Below are positions 25,349 through 38,143 of a stretch of 64,000 nucleotides of DNA, one piece after another; within the stretch, counting starts at the first letter, position 1, and each line of letters starts with the position of its first letter. The position numbers and the translations under genes are program-made. The DNA is taken from NCBI RefSeq assembly GCF_006345805.1, contig NC_043003.1, positions 47,368,001-47,432,000 on the forward strand, given 5' to 3'. The stretch is from Octopus sinensis. Its lineage: Eukaryota. The notes beneath the pieces were generated by a model that ran no database searches, was not told the DNA's origin, and was given only the letters and a program-made list of their open reading frames with translations.

Positions 25349-28300
25349 GACCAACGATCAACAATGTACCAGTTGCACTTATTCCTTATTTTTCTTAGGC
25401 ACAATACATTAACACCCACATTAATCTAAGTGTTCTTGAAACAGTAGAATGTTAATTCGTGGAAGATTAGTTACTGTGAGGCAGACTGGCAACTGCTCTC
25501 TCATTGGCTCATTGAGTTGTCTCCCTTGCCATCAATAATCTCCCTCTCATTCATGTGAGATTGTTTTCAATGTGTACTGAAAATTTACTGTGGCATTCAC
25601 TATTTTCCTTCCCACTGTCTATATATCTCACTTTAACCCGTTTTCTGCTAACAGTACGTTGTTAATATCGTGATCATTCTATTATCTTTTGTCTTTACTT
25701 ATACATCTAGTGTACTCTATAGGGCACTAGTGCTTACTATGTATTCTGCATTAAAATAAGGTTTTCTAATGTAGGCACAAGGGCCCCAGTTGTAGAAGGT
25801 GTAGATGCTATTAAATTGACTCCAATATTTGAATTTATGGTGTTGTTTTGTTGTTTCTTTTATAAGACACATAAAGTCTTTGACACTCTGCCATCGATTT
25901 CTTCCTTTGTGATGAATCCTTGATTAATAATATTTAATTTTCTATTTTGTTTATACACTGTAATTATACTGTGATGTTGAAATGCATATGAATGGATTGA
26001 ATTAGAATTGCAGCTGAATTGAAATTCACTTTAATGACGTTCTGAAAAAAGAAAAGCAAAGATTGCATTCATGGCTTTTCAAGACCATTTTTGTTGGAAT
26101 CAAAGGCATTGTATCAGTGGTACTTACAGTATCAACCATCACTTATGAGATTTGAACTGAGCACTAAGAAGCACCAGTTTCAAGTGCTGTAAGTCACTTA
26201 GTTTGTTGCTCTTCTGTTTCTGTTGCCTTTTATAATAATAATAATAATAATAATAATTTTGAATTAGGTGCAGTGCTACAAATTATGATGCAGTGTATAT
26301 AGACTGGCTTTGGTACTAAAACTGAAAGGCAAAATCATCCCTGTGAAGTATTTACCAATTTGGTTATACACTATTAATGAATAGGAATATAGTTGATTGA
26401 ATTAATCTTTCTATATTGCTGGTACTAATTTTATTATCTTGGGGAAAATGAAATACGTCGACTCTAGCAAAATTTGAACTCATAGTTTTAGACCAGAATG
26501 TTACCACAGAGCTAAACTTGATTGATAGACTGTACATAGACTAGAGGTGATGGTTGAAGCTTCCTAACAAGAATGTCCTTGATGATGCATCATTTTTGTC
26601 AGCAGAACAGTAACTTCACATAAGTTCAAGTACACTGGCTAATTCTCAGTTAATAAGAATATTATTGAAGTGCTAAAGTGCGAAGAACTTATAAGACATA
26701 ATGAAGACAACAAACTCTGCATCAGGTTTAAAACATCATTTCCAGGAACCGAAAGAAATGCAAGCCTGTCTGTGATCACTCTACATAGTCTTTTGACTTG
26801 CCAGTCAACTGTCATGCCCTACTATGTTAAGAAAGAAAAGCACAGATTGAGTAATGTAATCCTGGATGTGTTACTTCTGAACAAAAATCACAAGGAATGG
26901 TCAATGTTTGAATGCTTTGGCTATAAGCATGCTTGATCAGGGTTAACCTGGGACAAAACAAGAAGAGCATTTTCTTGAAACAAGTAGGTTCAAAACATGA
27001 AATTTGAAAATTTAGAAATGGCTTACATAAGAAATCTAAAAGAAAGATACTATGTTGAGGTGTTGTGAGAAAAGGTTATGACTAATGTTTCCAGGATAGT
27101 CTTTTACTCAATGGTAGGGGTCAATGTTTTCTTTCTCTAATGAAGAGTCCTGCTTAAAACTTTTTCTCTCTTTACACTAAAATGCAAGTCTTTGGTTTGT
27201 ATTTCCTATTCACTCTATAGTTCTGGTGACTTTCATTATTCACAAACATTGAAAGCAAAAGTATAAAATACTTCTTAAATACCAAAGGAACTTTTATGGG
27301 CCTGTGGTGCATAACACTCATTTCATGAATTTGAGAAGGTAGCAAAAACAAAATCTCCCACTAGATAAAACATTGGTCTGATGCAGGTATCATCCCCAGT
27401 TGATCTCATGAATGATTTTTTTTTTAGGTTATGTGAAGAGATGTAATGTAGAATAATGTGACCTACCTGGGAACATAATGTAATACTTGCAGTGGACTTG
27501 AATTGGCAAACCACCAGTTGGTAGTCCAATTCCTTATCAGGCCATTTTGCTCTGATACATACTCATTGAGTAATAGAAGAAAATATTAAAATCAAATGCT
27601 GGCAAAACATGGGGAATACCTAAATAGTAGTGTATTTGATGATCATCTTCCTTTTACATGTGATCACATGCATGCATGCATGCGCGCATGCACACACATA
27701 CACATAAAACTGTAGCTAGGTTGGTAAATAGATAACAGATAATATATGATGTGTCTCGATATAGTCATGTAATTAAGAAGTTCAGTTCACAATTATCACG
27801 TTCTGGATTTGAATCCTCCACATGGCATCCTTGTGAGTAGAATCTGGTAAACTGAAACTGAGGAAGCCTGTGGTATTTTTGAATGTGTGTGTTTATCTGT
27901 CTGTCTGTCTATCTGTTTATGTGTTTACCAATGTAAACTGTTGCATCTCTATGTTAAAGTGTCCTTTAGGGATTTGATGATCATCAATAAAATAGTACTA
28001 GGCAAAAATAAGATTGACTAAAACTCTATGAAGCATTGTCTCCAGTATGGATGGCCTTTAGTTCAGTGACTGTAAAGAGTAATAGACTGTGTTAAATTTC
28101 ATTATCACATTATACCATATCTTTTGTTATCATTTTATTTTCAACTTTTGTCTTATTTTTTGCTTTCACTTTGTCATTAGCCTCTTCTTTACATCTGTAT
28201 GTCTCTTTACATCCATATCTGTTCTTTACATCTGTCTGACCATATCAGTTTATCACTCTCCATTCTTTGAATTTCCCTCTGCTTCTCTCTCTCACATTCT

Positions 28301-29074
28301 CTTTAATTTAGCACTGCCTACTATTTCTTATTCTCTGCATCTCTCTGCTAGTCTCACCCCCTGCCCTCTCTTTTTCTCTCTCTCACTCTCTCTCTCTCAC
28401 CACTCCTCCATTCTTTCTGTCTTTCATCCTTTTACTTTGTGTTTGATTCAAATATTTAACTCTTTTCTGGAAAACAGACAAAATAACACTATCATCATCA
28501 TTATCATCATTAATTGCACCAATGGTAATAATTAAAATTGTAATTCTGATTATAATTAACACAGTAAAAATTATTTATAACATAAACACAAGGTCACAGA
28601 TTTTTGTGGGAGAAAATAGTTAATTTGATTGACCATAGTACTTTAACGGTCTCAGAAGGATGCAAGGTAAAGTTAATCATAGCGGATTTTGAACTGAAAA
28701 TGTAAGGGAATGTAACTGAATGCTATAAGACATTTTGTCTGATGTTCTACTGAATTCCGCCATCCACTACCTTATTACACTAACAGTTTCTAACTCTGGC
28801 ATAAGACCAGAAGTGTGAATCAATCTCAGTACATGCCAGTGGTTGTTTCTGTCAAACTCAGACAGATGAACGGTAGAGTAAACACTACTGGAATTTGAAG
28901 TCAGAATGTAGAAAGGTGGAACTAACTACCTTAGATACTTTTTTATCTTTACTCCAGCATTTTATCATTTCTGCCATTCCAGTTCTCTAAATGTTTTGAT
29001 ATTGGTTGTTGTTGTTGTTTAACCCTTGGTCAAAGACTTTCCAACCATGATCATCTTGTCTTTAAGCTATCTGG

Positions 29075-29555
29075 TTAACGTACCTGGCGCATATGCATAA
29101 GATCTGGTCATCAAATCTAAGTAGAGATTTCAAACTTAAAATCTTCAAAGCCACAGTCGAACCAATTCTGCTATATGGCTCAGAAACCTGGACGTTATCA
29201 AAGAAGCTTGAGAGGCGGCTGGATGGAACTTACATTCGCCTCCTTATGAGAGCTCAAAATCTCTCGTAGAAGCGTCATCCAACCAAAGTACAAATATATG
29301 GGAAACTACTACCTGTATCATCTCTTGTGAAAGATAGAAGAGTCCAGTTTGCTGGACATTGTTATAGAGCTGAAAACAAGGTAATTTCTGCTCGTCTCCT
29401 CTGGAAGCCATCTACTCACGATACCAGAGGGTGCACACTCTCCTACCCTGATGTAATCTCCAGGGATACAGGCATCCAGCAACAGGACCTCCGTAATGCT
29501 ATGATGGACGGTGAAGTCTGGCATAGCATAGTAAATTCCATTGTCTCGACCACTT
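29075..29555 (+). mobile_element. RTE-type LINE 3' fragment (second family)
   Basis: KIFKATVEPILLYGSETWTLSKKLERRLDGTY...RRVQFAGHCYRAENKVIS, a typical post-RT C-terminal region of RTE ORF2, with one stop. Confidence 0.85.
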
Positions 29556-31629
29556 TTCTACGATTCTTGTTATAGGAATCAAACTTATTTTCATTCTAGA
29601 AGTCTAAACATATACACTGTCTTTTCTGATCACTCTAACCTAGTGAAGCAATTTGTTCTGATACTGTCTCCTCCATTAATCTCAGTGTGCAAAAAAACTT
29701 GTGCTGTTTTTTTTTCTATGTACAGATCTATCCATGTGTATCAAGGCATTCAAATGTGTTTTGCATTTCCAATAAAGACTACCTTTCTGTAACTACAACT
29801 ACTGCTCTGTTGCCCTCACCTTCAGCATCACAGAGGTGATAGATGTATATAAATAAACCATCTCTTTTCTTTACCTTTACCATTTAAATCAGTCATATCT
29901 GGCCCAAATATTCTACCTCTATGTTTAAACCAGCCTGATTTGGCCTCTCACACCTATCCTACAATTCTGAAAATAAATAATCACATCATCAAAATCTTGA
30001 AGCTAAAATATAATGCATGATTAATTCAAAACAATGTGAATAAATAAGTATTACATTTGACAGATTAATCTGAGTGCTAGAGAATCAACCCTCTGTTGCT
30101 TCTCGGTGGCCACCATTTTAGTTTCCCTTGATCAGGTTTACTAGAAACTTGCCCCACATTATTACATGTTAATGGCTTCTTGCTCTTAAAACTTTATCAA
30201 AGCAAAGGTGTTGTCTTTGACACCAGCAAAACATTCAAATTTATCTAGAAGAAAAATTTAACTGAATTGCTCATCTGTTTTCTTTCATATGTCTTCATAG
30301 CTGTTTGTGTTGACGGCTCTTTCCAGAACACTGGTGTACCCTAAGGCTTACTTATATCTATACTCTTCCTGTATATTGATGGCTTTACCATTAGTTTTAA
30401 CCACACACACACACACTCTCACACACATTCACTGTCTCTCTCTCTCTCACTCTCACACACACACATGCACACACTCCTTTACTGCCTTTGCAAATGATAC
30501 CATGTTTCACTCTTCTTTCAACCCTGTACAAACAAACATCATCCATCACAACCTAAATACCTCATGTCAGTCAAAACCTTGTTGCCACCCATGAATGAAG
30601 ACAGGACAACTGAGTCTCTAGCAACAGTGCAAAGACATAGTCTTGCACTACCCTCCAACTATAAATAAATTCATGCAAGATAGACCTTGCAATTTCTGAT
30701 GATCAATCAGGACACTTTCCATGACTGTATAACATTACCAAAACCTATATCCTAAAATTAGGCTTCCTCTTCAGAGACAAAATATGTTTGTCCTCATCAG
30801 TTTCTTTTCAGCTGTAGCCCACATTATAGTATGGATCACATTTAAGACAGTGCTGCTTCCTGTGTCCCCCCTCCCAGACCCCCATTCAAACAAAATGGCA
30901 GTCAGGTGATTAACAAAGTTTCAACCACTATCACTTTACAATTGCTGCTTCAAAAACATAGTTTCTTTTCTCTTTTATTCCGTTACCCTTTTACTAGTTT
31001 CAGTCATTAGATTGTGGCCGTGTTGGGGCACCGCTCTGAAGAATTTTAGTTGAATGAATCAACCCCAGGAATTTTTATTTTTTAAGCTTAGTACTTATTC
31101 TATCGGTATCTTTTGCTGGACTGCTAAGTTACAGGGACATAAACCCACCAACACCGGTTCTCAAGCGGTGGTGAGGAACAAACACAGATACACACATGCA
31201 CACAAATCATCATCGTCATCATCATTTAATGTCCGTTTTCCATGCTGGCATGGGTTGGATGGTTTGACTGGGAACTTGCAAGCTGGGAGGCCACACCAGG
31301 CTCCAATCTGATCTATCAAGGTTTTTACAGCTGGATGCCCTTCCTAACACCAACCACTCTATGAGTGTAGCAGGTGCTTTTACGTGCTACCAGCATGGGA
31401 ACCAGTCAGGCGGCACTGGCTTCGATCACGTTCGGATGGTGCTTTTTATGTGCCACTGGTACAGGGAACCAGTCAGGCAGCTCTGGCAGCGACCCACGCA
31501 TGAATGGTACTTATTGCATGCCACCAGCACTGGTATTGGCCACAACTACAATTTCCATTTGATTTGATTTGATTTTGATTTACTTGACTCAGTAGGTCTC
31601 CTCAAGCACGACATGTCACCTGATGATTC

Positions 31630-33110
31630 AAAGGTACTTTTTTTAAATGGGCTGGTTATGTGACACTGGGGTAGGCTATGGCTGTGATCTCACTTTCCTT
31701 GCTGGGTCTTCTCAATCACCGAGGTCTCGGTCTTTCATCATTGCCTCTGTGAGGCCCAATGTTCGAAGGTCATGCTTCACCATCTCATCCCATGTCTTTC
31801 TGGGTCTCCCTCTTCCACGGGTTCCTTCCACTGTTAGGGAGTGACACTTCTTCACACAGCTCTCCTCATCCATACATAGCACATGACCATACCAGTGCAG
31901 TCATCTCTCCTGTACACCACATCTGATGCTTCTTATGTCCAACATTTCTCTCAGGGCGCTTACACTCTGTCGTGTGTGCACACTGACATTACACATCCAG
32001 AGGATCATACTAGCTTCATTTCTTTGGAGCCTATGCATATCTTCAGCAGTCACGGTCCATGTTTGACTGTTGTATAACATGCATCATGCAGTCTACCTTT
32101 CACTCTGAGCAATAGACCCTTTGTCACCAGTAGAGGTAAGAGCTTTCTGAACTTTGCCCAGGCTATTCTTATTCTAGTGGCAACACTCTCTGAGCATCCA
32201 CCCACCATTACAGACTTGGTCGCCTAGGTAGTGGAAGCTATCAACTACTTCTAGTTTCTCCCCCTGGCATGTGATGGAATCAGTTTTCTGAGCATCCGTG
32301 GTGTTTATTGTCCCTGTGCATCTGCCGCACACAAATGCTATCTTCCCGGTTAACCTTCCTTTGATGTTGTTGCACCTCTTATAAATCCATAACTTAAACT
32401 GGAGACATTTTATGGAGTTTCTACCTACACCTTTTCTACAGATTGAGCAGGGCCATCTACCTGAAGGAGTTTGTGATGTGTTTGCTTTCCTACTTACTAG
32501 GACTTTGGTTTTTGCAACATTGACTCTAAGGCTCTTCAATTCTAAACCTTGCTTCCACACCTGAAATTTCTTCTCTAGTTCTGGTAGTGATGTAGTGATT
32601 CTGCAATGAGAGCAAGGTCATCAGCATAGAGGAGCTTCCAGGGGCAGCCTGTCTTGAATTCCTCTGTCATTGCCTGGAGGACTATGATGAATAAGAAGGG
32701 GCTGAGGGTTGATCCTTGGTGAACTCCTACCTCTACACGGAATCCTTCGCTATATTCATTGCTGACCCTTATGTTACTAACGCCATCCCTGTACAAGACC
32801 ATTACTGCTCTTATTAACCACTCGTCAATCCCCAGTTTCCGCATTGCCCACTAGATAAGGGATCGGAGAACCCTATCAAAGGGTTTCTTCAAGTCAACAA
32901 AAGCCAATTATAGAGGTTTATTTTTGGCTAGGTATTTCTCCTGCAGTTGCCGTACCAGGAATATAGCATCAGTGGTGCTTTTCTACCTGGCACAAAACTG
33001 AACTGCATCTCGTCTAAGCAGACTCTCTCCCTAATTAGTTGGGCTATGACCCTCTCTGTAACTTTCTTCACCTGATCCAGCAGTTTGATGCCCCTGTAAT
33101 TATTTCTATA
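31630..33110 (-). mobile_element. RTE-clade LINE, 5'-truncated
   Basis: ORFs 32928-33125, 32575-32844 and 32174-32560 give YRGIKLLDQV, GVHQGSTLSPFLF, LLYADDLAL, WPCSICRKGVGRNSIKC...KRC and VVDSFHYLGD. Confidence 0.92.
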
Positions 33111-33547
33111 CAAACACACACACACACATCCTGGGCTTCTTTCAGTTTCTGTCTACCAGATCCACTAACAAGACTTTGGTTGGCTTGAGGCTATAGTAGA
33201 AGACACTTGCCGAGGGTGCTACATGGTGGGATTGAACCTGGAACCATGTAGCTGGGGAGCAAATTTCTTACCATACAGCCACTCTACTAGTGTTTCTATA
33301 AAAATCTCTGCTTCTCCTTTGTATCAAAATGTTGCATGCCCCTACCCTTCTCTATCGGCTCTCCAGACACACCTGTAGCTCTTCTTTCATCATCCCTACT
33401 TGGTCTCAATCCCCTCATACATTGCACTAAAACTCTTTACTCTTGTCCGTATACATGGTTTCTCTCTGGGCAGTTCTCCTAAAACTTAAAACTTTCTATC
33501 AACTGCATTGTTCTCACCAGTCTGGGATGGTTATCTCTTTTGGTTAA

Positions 33548-34108
33548 CCCTTTAGTATTCAGATTACTCTGTCATATGTAAAGGGTAAAGACACCCCGCC
33601 ACCTTCAGTCATGAAAGTTACCCCCGAGGCACAAGTCCAGGCAAGGTTGTTTATGGAAGACCAGCAGTCACCCATGCATAACAGCCTCCCCTCTTCATGC
33701 CACCGATGTTATCCAAGGAAAGGTAAAGACTGATACAGTTTGGCATCAGTGACACCACAACTCATTTCTACAGCTGAGTGAACTGGAACAACATGAAATA
33801 AAGTGTCTTTCTCAAGAACACAACACATAGCTTGGTTCAGGAATTGAACTCATTACCTTGTGATTGTGAGTACGATGCTCTAACCACTGAGCCATGCACC
33901 TTCACATCTGTCATCTGTAATGCTTATTTACCCACATTGTTTTGAATTTACCATACATTACTTTTTAAGCGTTGAAATTTCAGTGAATGTGAGTGTTTAT
34001 TTTTAGAATTATATTGTCAGGCAGGTGTGAGAGACCTGATCTCATCAGTTTTAACATAAAACAGGTAGAATATTTGGGCCTGATATGGTCAGTTTGAAAA
34101 CTAAAGGG
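33548..34108. mobile_element. piggyBac-like MITE carrying a nested SINE
   Basis: TTAA on both sides and CCCTTTAG/CTAAAGGG TIRs, interrupted at 33581-33905. Confidence 0.8.
33581..33905 (-). mobile_element. tRNA-derived SINE (full length, family with CTTGAGCAAGACAC-like core)
   Basis: The minus strand begins GTGAAGGTGCATGGCTCAGTGGTTAGAGC (A box) with GAGTTCAATTCC (B box). 13-bp TSD TCTGTCAT(A/C)TGTA. Confidence 0.85.
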
Positions 34109-34129
34109 TTAAATTCATAGAAAAATATA

Positions 34130-35200
34130 GTAGTCGAAGTAACAGTTGCCATATCAGTAGCTATAACATCATTAATAGTAGTAGTAGTAGTAGCAGCAGG
34201 AGCAGCTGTAGTAGTGGTGGTAATAGTAGTGCTCATTGTTATTGCTGTAGTAGTTTCAGTGAAAGGGTTTACAGCAGTGACAGTAGTCGATCTTGTTGTT
34301 GTTGTTGGCTACCCCTATCCACCCCAAATTAGCTTTGATGAGTAGATCTGTCATCAAGGACATTCCCACATGATTATCTGATTTTCTTTTTCTATGCATA
34401 ATGAACCATGGACTACACTATTCAATGTGTCCCTTTTTTTTTTTTAAGATGGTGTTATTTGAAGTAGTTTGGCTGCCATTTCTAGCAGGTTGAGTAATTA
34501 ATGTAGTCTCCCTTGCAGCAGTTGTATCAATGGATGTAGCTATATTTGTTTTAGTAATAGCAGCAGTAGTAAGAGTAGCAGTAATAGCACTTGTAGTTGT
34601 AATAGCAGCAGCAGCAGCAGTAGTAATGGTAGTAGTTGCAGTAGTCAACCATTGTTAATAACATACATGCACACACCACTGTCATCAGTTCACAGCACCT
34701 CTGTGTGTGTGGGCGTGTGTGTTTGCATGTACGCATGCGCATCTGTATGTGTGTAATATACTGCTGAAGCTGTTTTTGTTGTTACAGAAGTAGTCAATCA
34801 CTGCAATAGCAGCAGTAGTAGCAGCAGCAGTAGATGTACTCTTAATAGCAACAATATATGATAAAGCAACAGTAGATTTAATACCATCATTACTATTATT
34901 ATCATCATCTTCATTATCACTATCAGCATCACTGTCAACACCACCATCATTGCCATCAAACCACCATCGGAAGGGACCATCATCTTCATAACCACTACCA
35001 TCATAATCATCACTATCACCACCAATGTCACAATCGTCACCATTTACTACCATCGGCATCACCACTGCCATCATCATCACAGTGATCTTCATCCCCGTCA
35101 CCGACACCATCGCCTTTGTCACAACCATCATCATTAACTTCATAAACATATATATATAAGCAATATCATCATTGTCATCATTGCTGTTGTTATTGTTTTT
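34130..35200. repeat. Degenerate trinucleotide (GTA/GCA/CAT/CAC) low-complexity region
   Basis: Runs of AGT/AGC/CAT/CAC triplets in three blocks. Confidence 0.85.
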
Positions 35201-37309
35201 ATGATGTAAAGAAATCATAGGTCAATAAAATGAATATAAGAATCATCAGCAACATCTTCCTTAATATTATAATTATTTTTGTTATTAGTATTGAAATAGC
35301 AGAAATAATATTGTGTTGGGTGGGATATCTCCTTGTTGCATTAAGTCCTGTTCAGGATAAGTTTACTTTTCATCTCTTTTAGAATTATTGATGTAACTCT
35401 CTGGGTTATTGATATTTTTACTTCCAGTAAGAATGCCTTGTGGTATCTAGTGCATTATGAGTTGAAAACTTTTCCATCCCTCCCTCCCAAGGATTTACAT
35501 GGATTTACATGAGATCAACAACAACAATAGAAACATCAATTAAGAGACAACAATAAGTAGCAATAACAATATAGAAAAAACAAAAAAAAAAGACTCTTCG
35601 AAACAGGACAGTGGGGCAGCCATTATGGTTTTTTGGGGCACCTACCCCTCACATAATCTCATGCACACCAAAATAAGTGCCATCTTCCAGTGCTCATTAC
35701 GAGGCCCATTTAGCAATACCAGTTTTTCCACTCTCACATGCTTTTCATAAAATTTACTGAAGGGCAACATTTCCCTCTTCATCCTTGCTTTCCTTTTTAT
35801 ATGGACTTGAAGAAGTTGAGGAGAGCCTGAGAAGAAAAGCTCCATCCTCAAACCTTCCATCTATGTCCATAATGTGACTTCCTTCACTATAATCACCTGA
35901 AAGAGGAAAGTCACCCTCACTTCCTTGTCAGAGGAAGGCGTTGAGTTGATCTTCATGCTAAACTCAACAGATAGCCTGATCCATTGGGCACGTGATAATG
36001 ACATAATACCACAAATCAGCTATGCATAGACACTGAAAAAGGGTGTGTATTGAAAGGTATCACAACCCTGCAGACATCTTAAGCAGGAGATGTATACAGG
36101 GTGACTCCAATATGACCATACCGTTAATGGCTACATATATTTAAATATATGTATATATATAAGAATGGAGTGCGGCTAATTGAATTGACTCCAGTGAATC
36201 GCTGGTACTTATTTCATCAACGAATTGAGGAGGCTAGGCTCTCTTCTACTTCTTATTCAAGTGCCATGCGAAGAGAAAGGTGAAAATAAGGAGGGAAGTG
36301 CTGCCTTCCAAGAATTTTTATGAAAGGTGTGCGAGAATGCCAAAATTGGCATTGTTAAATGGGCCTCCTAATTTAACTATCTGGCTGTCAGCTGGTGGCA
36401 AGGGCTGCCAGAGGACACTTGCTTTGGTGTGCCAGAGATTGTGAGGGTGTGTGTCCAAAGTCGCTCTTAATGACTACTCCCTTTTCTGTTTGAAGAGTTC
36501 TTTCTTATTATTTCCCCACCCTACATTATTATCGCTATTTATCATTGTCTCTTTAGCTAGTGTGTCTTTATTGTCATTATTGTTGATCTCATCTTTTTAC
36601 TCCAAGTAAACCCTCCACCGTTTCTTCCTTTTTTTTTTTATTTCACCTTTGTGCTATCCTCAATAAATTGAACCCTTGTGGCTAATGAAATAAATCTTAA
36701 GGCAGACAGTAAAAGGACGAGATCAACAACAATGACATGAATGACGGGACAACAACAAATAACAATAACAATAAAGGAAAAAAACTAATCCTTGAAATGG
36801 GAGAGAGGAGAAATCTATTAGGGTTATTTGCCCCTCCCCATACATATTTATGTGTTTGTGTGTATGCATGTATGTGTATATTCTGTGTGCCTTGCATTTA
36901 ATATTTCATGTTCTGAGTTCAAACCCTGCTGATATCAACGGCATAATTTATCTTCACAGGATCAATAAAATTTCTATTAGTCAAGTACTTGGGTTGATTT
37001 AATTGGTATTTCATTTCCTCAAAATTTGAAGCCTTGTGCTAATATACTGTGATCCTTATTTTCAAAATCGTCCCCTTTATTATTTTTGTAATCATTCTCA
37101 TTATCATCATTAATAGCGTTGTTATAATCATCTTCATCATTGTCATTAACAGCTGCTACTGTAGCAGTTATGGCAGTAGTAGTAGCATCAGCTGTGTTAG
37201 AAGCAACAGAGCAGTCAACAGTAGTAGTAGCAGCAGTGGTAGAGGAAGCAACAGTAGTCATAGCAGCAGTAGCAGCAACAGTAGGAGTATTAGCTGCAGA
37301 TGTGTTGCT

Positions 37310-37560
37310 AACAGCAGTTGTCAGTTGCGGACGATCGAGTGTCTGGTCTAAGAGAGGAAGGTGTTACCGTGTCAGTGAGGCCTGTCAGGCACCATCCACA
37401 ACTGAAACCTGCCTCCGGTTAGCCTACAGTTGCTGGGGGGAGAGGAGAGGGACCCCGTACACTGCCCTGCCTGCTATTGCCACCACTATCACCAATGGTG
37501 TAATGCTGCACCAGTCCAGCTGTAGCAACAACAACAAAACTGCACTTGTAGCGGTCTTCT
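37310..37560 (+). promoter_or_regulatory. Putative promoter/TSS and 5' leader of the RUFY alternative first exon
   Basis: Abrupt switch from trinucleotide repeats to GC/CpG-rich unique sequence at an initiator-like TCAGTT (37321-37326), ~700 bp upstream of the RUFY ATG. The TSS is inferred, not observed. Confidence 0.4.
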
Positions 37561-38019
37561 ACGTTTCTCTTTTTTATTTTCACAGCATTTTTTTACACTC
37601 CATTCCATTACCTGGTAACCTTGTTGCTTTCTTGCACACCCAGACAAACAATTCTTAACATAAGAATTCCTCTTTTTACTCTTACTCCTTCCTTTTGTTC
37701 TTCAACTTTCTCTTTCTCTTTTCATTTTCTTCTTCCTCATTCTACCACCTGTGTTTTTCATCTGACCTTACTTCCTACATAGTCTTACTATCACACCCAC
37801 CTTTTCTCATCACCATTATAACCATTTTGACAAACCAGCGCACTGGCATCTGCAGCCATTTCCTCCATCCAGGCGACATACACGCCAGCCTGCTGTGTTG
37901 ACAGCAGCCGTGGCGGTGGGGCTGGTGCCAGCGATGTTGGCGATGGCGGGGCATGTGGCGGGGATGAGATCGAAGAGGAGGGGGGAGGCGGCGGCCCCGG
38001 AGCTGGCGGCGTCGGGATT

Positions 38020-38143
38020 ATGGCCCAGGAGACAATCTACCTGTGCAACTTCAGGGTATCAGTGGATGGCGACTGGTTGTGCCTGCGCGAACTCAGCGAT
38101 GTGCAGGTGGAAATGCCACCTATCCTGCCCTCCATTGAAGACG
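38020..38143 (+). CDS. RUFY2/RUFY3: First coding exon of a RUN and FYVE domain-containing protein (RUFY family, RUFY3/Singar1-type N-terminus); partial CDS
   Basis: Translates MAQETIYLCNFRVSVDGDWLCLRELSDVQVEMPPILPSIED+G (frame not in the ORF track) and ends at a consensus donor G|GTAAGT (38144), phase 1. From memory it matches human RUFY3 METIYLCKFRVSMDGEWLCLRELDDISL...THED and the Drosophila RUFY N-terminus ETIYLCNFRVSVDGEWLCLKELQD. The paralogue name cannot be resolved for an invertebrate co-orthologue. Confidence 0.9.

Noticed and set aside
33840-33905. tRNA gene calls at SINE heads (also near 52040-52100, 50114 and 54978)
   Set aside because: They are the tRNA-derived 5' ends of multi-copy SINEs, continuous with SINE bodies.
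34418-35218. Thr/Ala-, Asp- or Met/Val-rich ORFs
   Set aside because: Products of degenerate trinucleotide repeats, open in several frames, with no splice or homology support.
36061-36087. HNPADILSR, resembling an LTR-retrotransposon RNase H motif
   Set aside because: An isolated motif with stop-rich flanks and no other pol motifs or LTRs.
37140-37658. 172-aa ORF as an independent gene
   Set aside because: The first half derives from GCA/GTA trinucleotide repeats and the rest is leader-like, with no recognisable domain.
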